DNA of 64,000 nt from an uncultured Eubacteriales bacterium (GTDB lineage: Bacteria; Bacillota; Clostridia; Oscillospirales; CAG-272). Positions within the stretch are counted from its first letter, which is position 1; each line of letters begins with the position of its first letter. Positions 57,898-64,000 of the stretch are shown one piece after another. The notes beneath the pieces were generated by a model. That model was not told the origin of the DNA. It was given only the letters and a program-made list of their open reading frames with translations, and did not search any database. The position numbers and the translations under genes were made by a program. The stretch is from assembly GCA_934526185.1 (NCBI GenBank), contig CAKTAA010000001.1, positions 24,204 through 88,203 of the forward strand. The letters are read 5' to 3'.

Positions 57898-58875
57898 GTG
57901 AAAAAACAGACAGTTGCAACGGGAAAGACAGTGGAGGCCGCGGTGGCGGCAGGTGCGGAGGCGTTGGGCGTTTCACAGGAGGCCGTCTCCTATGAAATCG
58001 TGGAGCAGCCAAAGAAGGGATTCCTCGGCGTGGGAGCCGCACCCGCAAAGGTGAAGGTAGAATATGTTCTGAAGCCTGAGGAAGCGGCGATGGAATTTTT
58101 ACAGAATCTGATAAAGGAAATGGAAGTTGAAGCCACCGTAACGCTCAGAGAAGAGAGCAACGGTGAAAAGCTTCTGTCCGTTTCGGGCGAAAAGGCCGGC
58201 GTGTTTATCGGTCACCACGGCGATACGCTGGACGCGCTGCAATACCTGGTCAACCTCGCTGCAAACCGCAAGGACGAGGACGACAGGACGTATACGCGCT
58301 TTACACTTGATGTAGAAAACTACCGCGCAAAAAGAGAGGAAACGCTGCGCCAGCTCGCCAGACGTATGGCTTCCAAAGCGCTGAAATACAGAAAGAACAT
58401 CACGTTGGAGCCGATGACACCCTATGAGCGCAGGATCATTCACTCGGAGATTCAGAACATAGAGGGCGTTTCCACCAACTCCATTGGAACGGAAAACAAC
58501 AGAAAGATTGTAATTTATCTGACCGCATCAGGGACGAAGGAAGAAAAGGCGGAAGCGCCTGCAAAGCCGGAAAGACAGGAAAAAGCGAAGCCGGAGAGAA
58601 GCGAGCAGCGGACAGAACGTCCGCGCAGCGCGAAGAGCAGACAGCCGGAGAGCAGTTCCCGGGAGAAAGAAAAGAACGAACAGCCGGTATCCTCGGCAAA
58701 GCCCTATTATATGCGTCCGGTGCGCAAGCCGGTCAAGGAAAAGAGCGTGGCCAGCTATTTCGGCGACGAGGAATACACCGACGACTATATGGAGGAGCCG
58801 CTGCCTGAAAACATAGCGGAGATATGCGGAATCTACGAGGGCGACGGTGAGTCGGACGAAAACGGAAAAAAATAA
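57898..58875 (+). CDS. jag: Jag/KhpB RNA-binding protein (Jag_N, KH and R3H domains)
   Basis: [19 protein letters not shown] (Jag_N), [13 protein letters not shown] (KH) and [16 protein letters not shown] (R3H), with an unusually long acidic/basic C-terminal tail. GTG 57898 lies behind GAGGTG. Confidence 0.88.
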   Translation: MKKQTVATGKTVEAAVAAGAEALGVSQEAVSYEIVEQPKKGFLGVGAAPAKVKVEYVLKPEEAAMEFLQNLIKEMEVEATVTLREESNGEKLLSVSGEKAGVFIGHHGDTLDALQYLVNLAANRKDEDDRTYTRFTLDVENYRAKREETLRQLARRMASKALKYRKNITLEPMTPYERRIIHSEIQNIEGVSTNSIGTENNRKIVIYLTASGTKEEKAEAPAKPERQEKAKPERSEQRTERPRSAKSRQPESSSREKEKNEQPVSSAKPYYMRPVRKPVKEKSVASYFGDEEYTDDYMEEPLPENIAEICGIYEGDGESDENGKK

Positions 58876-59000
58876 GAACGCCGGAAGCGGCGGATTCAGA
58901 GGGGAAAGCGCCTCAAACAATACTGACGGACGCATCCGGCGGGTACCTCGCCGGATTTCGCGCGGAGAGGCGGCGGCCGTCTGGGGAGAAGGTTGAGAAA

Positions 59001-60437
59001 ATGGCTTCAGATAAAAAACTGGTGGAACAGATTACCTCCATGGAGGAGGATTTTGCAAAATGGTATACGGATATCGTAAAAAAGGCCGATCTTATCGATT
59101 ATTCCAGCGTTAAGGGATGCATGATCATCCGGCCGTACGGATATGCGATCTGGGAGAATATACAGGGAATACTGGATAAAGAGTTCAAGGCGCTCGGACA
59201 TGAGAATGTATATATGCCGATGTTCATTCCGGAATCCTTGCTCAATAAGGAAAAGGAACACGTGGAAGGCTTTGCGCCGGAGGTGGCGTGGGTAACACAC
59301 GGCGGCAGCGAGCCGCTGACCGAACGCCTGTGCGTGCGCCCTACCTCGGAAACGCTGTTCTGCGAGCATTACGCGCATATCATCCGTTCCTGGCGCGACC
59401 TGCCGAAGCTGTACAATCAGTGGTGCAGCGTTGTGCGCTGGGAAAAGACGACAAGACCGTTTCTGCGCAGCAGGGAGTTTCTGTGGCAGGAGGGACATAC
59501 CATGCATGCCACAGCGGAGGAGGCGGAAGCCGAAACGCAGCGGATGTTGGAGGTATACGCGCGCTTCTACGAGAACGAGCTTGCAATACCCGTTATCCGC
59601 GGACGCAAGACAGACAAAGAAAAATTCGCCGGCGCGCTGGCAACCTATACCATAGAAGCGATGATGCACGACGGCAAAGCGCTGCAGGGCGGTACGTCGC
59701 ATAATTTCGGAGACGGCTTTGCCCGCGCGTTTGAGATTCAGTACCTTGATAAGAACAATCAGCTCCAGTATTGCCACCAGACCTCGTGGGGCGTATCTAC
59801 GCGGGTAATCGGCGCGATTATCATGGCCCACGGGGATGACAGCGGATTGGTCCTGCCTCCGGCTGTCGCGCCCGTGCAGGTTGTCGTCGTGCCGGTGGCA
59901 CAGCATAAGCCGGGCGTAAGCGAAAAGGCCGCGGAGATTACCGAACGCCTGTCCAAAATTGTGCGGGTGAAAATGGATGCCTCGGACAACAGCCCCGGCT
60001 GGAAGTTTGCGGAATATGAGATGAAGGGCGTCCCGCTGCGGCTGGAAATCGGCCCGCGGGATATGGAGCAGAACCAGTGCGTGCTGGTGCGCCGCGATAC
60101 ACGTGAAAAAATTGTGGTGTCACTCGACGAGATAGAAACAGCGGTGCCGCGCCTGCTTTGTGAGCTGCGCCAGGCGCTGTACGACGCGGCGCTTGCCCGC
60201 CGCGAAAGCATGACGGAAACCGTAGGGGATTTGGAAACGCTCATCCAAACGGCAAAGACGAAGCCGGGCTTTATCCGTGCGATGTGGTGCGGAGACGAAG
60301 CCTGCGAGGTCGCGCTGAAGGAAAAGGCCGACGTCACTTCCCGCTGTATGCCGTTCGGTGAGGAACCGTTCGGAGATACCTGCGTGTGCTGCGGCAAGCC
60401 TGCGAAGCACCTGGTCTATTGGGGAAAAGCCTATTAA
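59001..60437 (+). CDS. proS: Proline--tRNA ligase (archaeal/eukaryote-like type, no INS editing domain)
   Basis: 478 aa with N-terminal [35 protein letters not shown], class II motifs and a C-terminal Zn-binding CxxC...YWGKAY. Confidence 0.93.
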   Translation: MASDKKLVEQITSMEEDFAKWYTDIVKKADLIDYSSVKGCMIIRPYGYAIWENIQGILDKEFKALGHENVYMPMFIPESLLNKEKEHVEGFAPEVAWVTHGGSEPLTERLCVRPTSETLFCEHYAHIIRSWRDLPKLYNQWCSVVRWEKTTRPFLRSREFLWQEGHTMHATAEEAEAETQRMLEVYARFYENELAIPVIRGRKTDKEKFAGALATYTIEAMMHDGKALQGGTSHNFGDGFARAFEIQYLDKNNQLQYCHQTSWGVSTRVIGAIIMAHGDDSGLVLPPAVAPVQVVVVPVAQHKPGVSEKAAEITERLSKIVRVKMDASDNSPGWKFAEYEMKGVPLRLEIGPRDMEQNQCVLVRRDTREKIVVSLDEIETAVPRLLCELRQALYDAALARRESMTETVGDLETLIQTAKTKPGFIRAMWCGDEACEVALKEKADVTSRCMPFGEEPFGDTCVCCGKPAKHLVYWGKAY

Positions 60438-60601
60438 TTGACGAAGCTGTTTACAGCGGAACGCAAATTGAACAAAGAAAACCGAAACCGGCGCTTTCAG
60501 TCTGGACGGCATTGCATGGAAGAAGAGCCGCAGATTGTAAAGCGCCGATTTGATTCAATTGGGTAGGACTGCGCTGTTTTGTCTGCTGTTGTGAAACCGA
60601 C

Positions 60602-60916
60602 TCAGGCCGCGTTGGTTTCCGGCGGGAAATCGCGCAGACTGTAATGAATAATAATTTCAGTCAGAGCAGAGAGAAACAGAGTGTCTGTGACGATTGAGCA
60701 TGTCGCTTCGTCCGGCGAGGAGCCGCATTGGTATTGCAGAGCGTATAAGGCATAGGCTCTGTGATGCCTGTCGAACTGGATAAAGAGGGAATAGCGTACC
60801 CTGTCGACGGTGATATCGAGTTCGTAAATAGGGCATAGGGGATTGGATTTTGCATGCATCTGGATATACTGTTGGAATGCGCAGAGATGGGATTTTTTCA
60901 TTTGACGGCAAAACAT
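60602..60916 (-). CDS. Hypothetical protein
   Basis: 104-aa ORF with SD AAAGGAG 10 nt upstream of its ATG, divergent from the mini-HTH genes. I recognise no family. Confidence 0.45.
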   Translation of the reverse strand: MFCRQMKKSHLCAFQQYIQMHAKSNPLCPIYELDITVDRVRYSLFIQFDRHHRAYALYALQYQCGSSPDEATCSIVTDTLFLSALTEIIIHYSLRDFPPETNAA

Positions 60917-61112
60917 AAAATTATGTCTCCTTTCGATAATTGAAATGATTTTTAAACTACATTATAGATGAAAAACCAAATTATAATGTAATCATACGCT
61001 TTAATTTGTGCTTTATCAGAGAGATAAATTTCATAAATGAATGTATAATCCAAAATTTATTTAAATTTTACGAATTATAATGTATAATAACAAATAAAAG
61101 AGGATTGATCGT

Positions 61113-61325
61113 ATGGGAATGGCTACAAAAATACGCACAATTATGCGTGAGAGAAAAATGACAGCCAAAGCGTTAGCAGAAAAGTTGGGGACAACAGGTA
61201 ATAATTTAGGGAGCAAATTGGCGCGGGATAACCTCAGAGAAAAGGAAATACAGGCCATTGCAGAGGCATTAGATTGTGACTTTGACGGCATTTTCACATT
61301 AAGAGATTCGGGAACTAAGGTATAG
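61113..61325 (+). CDS. Mini HTH (Cro/XRE-like) protein, copy 1
   Basis: 70 aa with HTH MTAKALAEKLGTTGNNLGSKL and C-terminal ALDCDFDGIFTLRDSGTKV. SD is AAAGAGGA. It ends in TAG. Confidence 0.7.
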   Translation: MGMATKIRTIMRERKMTAKALAEKLGTTGNNLGSKLARDNLREKEIQAIAEALDCDFDGIFTLRDSGTKV

Positions 61326-61529
61326 TTCGTTGGGCTTTTAACTAAAAACTGCATAGTTCCAAATGATGCGTATTTCTTATATTACAAGTAATTAATCTTA
61401 TAATATAAGGGTTATTCACTTCTTACATAAGATATTGTACATCAGTTTATGTGATTTGTCAAGAACATTTTCTAAAAATTTGATTTTTTTCTGAAAATAT
61501 TGTAGAATAGATAGTGCGGGGGATTGTAT

Positions 61530-61745
61530 ATGAATATCATGACAAACAAAATAAAATATATTTTATCTCTTAGGAATATGACAATAAAAGATTTGGCAAA
61601 AAAATTAGGTAAAAATGAACGGTATTTTTATAACAAGTTTTATAAGGGTGTATTCACGATAGAGGAATTAGAAGAGATAGCCAGTGCATTGGAATGCGAC
61701 TTCGACGGCGTTTTCACGTTAAGGGATTCAGGAACTAAGATATAG
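61530..61745 (+). CDS. Mini HTH (Cro/XRE-like) protein, copy 2
   Basis: 71 aa with HTH MTIKDLAKKLGKNERYFYNKF and C-terminal ALECDFDGVFTLRDSGTKI. Its own promoter-like TTGATT-17-TAGAAT is present, and the SD is GGGGGA. It ends in TAG. Confidence 0.7.
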   Translation: MNIMTNKIKYILSLRNMTIKDLAKKLGKNERYFYNKFYKGVFTIEELEEIASALECDFDGVFTLRDSGTKI

Positions 61746-61841
61746 CCGCCGAACTTTTACCCAAAATCCTGCATAAAGCCCGCAGGATTGGAATATATAT
61801 GTATAGAGTGGCTATCTGCCGCTTATCCGCTTGGGGGAGCT

Positions 61842-63056
61842 ATGGATTACTCAGAAAAAATCAGAGAACTGATGGAACAGATCTGTTCGCCGCTGATTCT
61901 GCGGAAGGTGACCTTCAGCCGGCCCGGAAATCCCGACGTTGTCCGCGCCTGCGCTGCGCCCTTTCAGAAAAAGGACGGCGTTTATATTCAAATCGAAACG
62001 CTGATGCGGGACGGCAAAGCGTTTCACCGCAATATCCCCTTGTCCGAGGCGCCAGAGGCGCTTAGCGCTATGGCCGGCGGTCCCTACCGGCAGATCAACG
62101 GCATGACAGCAGGCGGCAATTTTGAAATCCAATGGTCAAAAAAGGGAAAATGCATGCTGCAAAGCCATGTGAAACCGTCGGACAATACCGTTGCGCCCGC
62201 TTCTCACGACAGAGAGCGCCGTCACATTCTGACAGAGGGACAGGGGCCTGCTTTGCCCATGCTGCACCGTTTGGAGCTGTGCGACGAAACAGGGCGGATC
62301 TATGACAAAAAGCGCTCGAAATTCCGGCAAATCAACCGCTTCCTTGAAATTGTGGAGGATATTTATCCTTCACTGCCCCATGACGGCCCTTTATATGTCA
62401 CCGATTTGTGCTGCGGCAAAAGCTATCTGACCTTTGCCGTCTATTATTATCTGGTTTGCGTGAAAAAAAGAGAAGCCCATGTGAGGGGCGTGGATCGAAA
62501 GGCCGATGTGATTTCCTTCTGCGGGCGGATCGCGGAGGAGCTGCATTTTACCGGCTTGCAGTTTGTTTCGGGTGATATCGGGGCTTACGAGCCGGAACAG
62601 CCGCCGGATCTGGTGGTATCCCTGCACGCCTGCGATACGGCGACGGACATGGTGCTGCTGAACGCGCAGCGGTGGAAAACGCGCGTCATTCTTTCGACGC
62701 CGTGCTGTCACCACGAGCTGCTCGGAAAAATAGACTGCGAGCCGCTTTCCTTTCTTACGGCGTATCCCCTGCTGAAAAATAAGCTGTGCGACGCCGCGAC
62801 GGACGCTCTGCGCTGTCTGTGGCTGGAAAGCAAGGGATACCGTGTGGAGACGGTGGAGCTTATAGATCCGGAGGAGACGCCGAAAAATGTGATGATACGT
62901 GCGGTTCGGCGTCCGTCGGTTCCGGCAGGGGAGAGAGAGGCGCGCGAGGCGGAATATCTGGCGGCGTGCGAGTATTTAGGCGCCGGGCCGTCCCTGCTCA
63001 CTGAAAATATTCGAAACAAGCCGTGCGGCAAATGCACGGAGAAAGAGGGAATCTGA
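61842..63056 (+). CDS. Class I SAM-dependent methyltransferase with an about 190-aa N-terminal extension
   Basis: SAM-binding loop VTDLCCGKSYLTF, acidic loop GVDRK and the SLHACDTATD motif. Start re-picked to ATG 61842. Confidence 0.75.
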   Translation: MDYSEKIRELMEQICSPLILRKVTFSRPGNPDVVRACAAPFQKKDGVYIQIETLMRDGKAFHRNIPLSEAPEALSAMAGGPYRQINGMTAGGNFEIQWSKKGKCMLQSHVKPSDNTVAPASHDRERRHILTEGQGPALPMLHRLELCDETGRIYDKKRSKFRQINRFLEIVEDIYPSLPHDGPLYVTDLCCGKSYLTFAVYYYLVCVKKREAHVRGVDRKADVISFCGRIAEELHFTGLQFVSGDIGAYEPEQPPDLVVSLHACDTATDMVLLNAQRWKTRVILSTPCCHHELLGKIDCEPLSFLTAYPLLKNKLCDAATDALRCLWLESKGYRVETVELIDPEETPKNVMIRAVRRPSVPAGEREAREAEYLAACEYLGAGPSLLTENIRNKPCGKCTEKEGI

Positions 63057-63059
63057 TAA

Positions 63060-63734
63060 ATGAAGCGAACGCCGCTGAGGGAGCGTGTGCTGCCGGTTTA
63101 TACAAAAGGGGAAGAGATTTTCAACATGGTCTCCCATATTGCGGGCGGCGTGCTGGGAATTGTTGCGACGGTTTTGTGCGTGGCGTTTGCTGTGATGCAC
63201 CGGAATGTGTACGGGGTTGTCAGCGGAGCGATTTTCGGCGCGACCATGATCGTTCTGTACACCATGTCGAGCATTTATCACGGATTGTCGCCGAAGCTGC
63301 CCGGAAAAAAGGTGTTTCAGGTGATCGATCACTGTTCTATTTATCTGCTGATCGCCGGGACGTATACGCCGTTTTCCCTGTGTACGCTCCGCCCGGTTTC
63401 GCCGGTGATCGGCTGGTCTATTTTCGGTATCGTATGGGGCATGGCGGTACTCGGCATTGTGCTCAACTCCATAGATCTGGAGGCCTTCAAAATTTTTTCC
63501 ATGTGCAGCTATCTGGGGATGGGCTGGTGTATTGTAGCCGCCGCGGGGACGATGATGCGGGAGCTTGGCGGAGGCGGCACCGCTTTGCTGCTGAGCGGCG
63601 GGGTTGCCTATACGGTAGGGGCTGTTTTTTATGCGTTCGGGCGCCGCAAAGCATACATTCACTCCGTGTTTCATCTGTTTGTCTGCCTGGGCAGTTTTCT
63701 GCACTTTTTTTGTATTCTGCTGTATGTAATGTGA
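63060..63734 (+). CDS. Hemolysin III / PAQR family membrane protein
   Basis: Seven-TM protein with the SSIYH, DHCSIYLLIAGTYTP and HLFV motifs. Confidence 0.88.
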   Translation: MKRTPLRERVLPVYTKGEEIFNMVSHIAGGVLGIVATVLCVAFAVMHRNVYGVVSGAIFGATMIVLYTMSSIYHGLSPKLPGKKVFQVIDHCSIYLLIAGTYTPFSLCTLRPVSPVIGWSIFGIVWGMAVLGIVLNSIDLEAFKIFSMCSYLGMGWCIVAAAGTMMRELGGGGTALLLSGGVAYTVGAVFYAFGRRKAYIHSVFHLFVCLGSFLHFFCILLYVM

Positions 63735-63762
63735 TGTAGGATGTGATAAGGGGTGAGACGCG

Positions 63763-64000
63763 GTGGGGACGGTAAAAATTCTCTTGGTGGAGGATGACAG
63801 GGGTATCATAAGCAGCCTGACGGAATTTCTGCAGGGAGAAGGATTCTCCGTGGCTTCGGCCGCCGGACAGGCGGCGGCCGTGGAGCTGCTCGGGCGCGAG
63901 GCGTTTGATTTGCTGCTGCTCGATATATCGCTTGCCGACGGAAACGGCTTTGCCGTGCTGGCGGCGGCAAAGGCGCACGGCGCTCCCGCCGTCATTTTTC
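63763..64000 (+). CDS. Response regulator receiver domain, partial (runs off the window)
   Basis: KILLVEDD plus the phospho-acceptor context DLLLLDISLADGNG. The putative GTG start at 63763 is uncertain. Confidence 0.8.
   Translation, partial: MGTVKILLVEDDRGIISSLTEFLQGEGFSVASAAGQAAAVELLGREAFDLLLLDISLADGNGFAVLAAAKAHGAPAVIF

Overview
This 64-kb chromosomal segment comes from a moderately GC-rich, endospore-forming Firmicute. The PolC-type replicase and yabP/yabQ support that call; a Clostridia-like origin is inference only.

The content is overwhelmingly housekeeping:
- prmC and a polar-amino-acid ABC importer
- pyrH-frr-uppS-cdsA-dxr-rseP-ispG-polC
- a small XRE cassette
- a complete histidine operon, hisZ-G-D-C-B-H-A-F-I-E
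- hup-rqcP(yabO)-yabP-yabQ-divIC
- two beta-lactamase-fold hydrolases, an amidohydrolase and a three-gene ABC-2 exporter
- proA, mreB-mreC and maf
- an MBOAT/DHHW acyltransferase pair and an MFS transporter
- an FMN riboswitch with ribU
- an orphan B12-binding radical SAM gene
- rpmH-rnpA-yidD-yidC-(PHP histidinol phosphatase)-jag, then proS
- an AT-rich islet with duplicated mini-HTH genes
- a methyltransferase, a hemolysin-III protein and a partial response regulator

I recognised no rRNA, tRNA, CRISPR array, transposase, integrase or canonical defence system.

The items most worth a second look:
1. A 53-codon ORF below the ORF-track cutoff encodes an almost pure Asn/Gln polypeptide. It has its own strong SD and terminator (34610-34860).
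2. An XRE regulator is interrupted by an in-frame TAG, and its reading frame clearly continues to the next gene (18300-18794).
3. Two tandemly duplicated 70-aa HTH genes with an identical C-terminal motif sit in an AT-rich islet (61113-61745).
4. An orphan B12-radical-SAM gene lies behind a consensus promoter and an unclassified 226-nt leader.
5. Hairpin-repeat modules and very long spacers split the his operon and the uppS-cdsA-dxr-rseP cluster, which are normally compact.
6. A perfect 17-bp x5 tandem repeat lies upstream of prmC.
7. Several regions carry decayed or frameshifted coding signal.

Many track ORF starts are over-extended. I give starts re-picked from SD spacing and family N-termini where I could.
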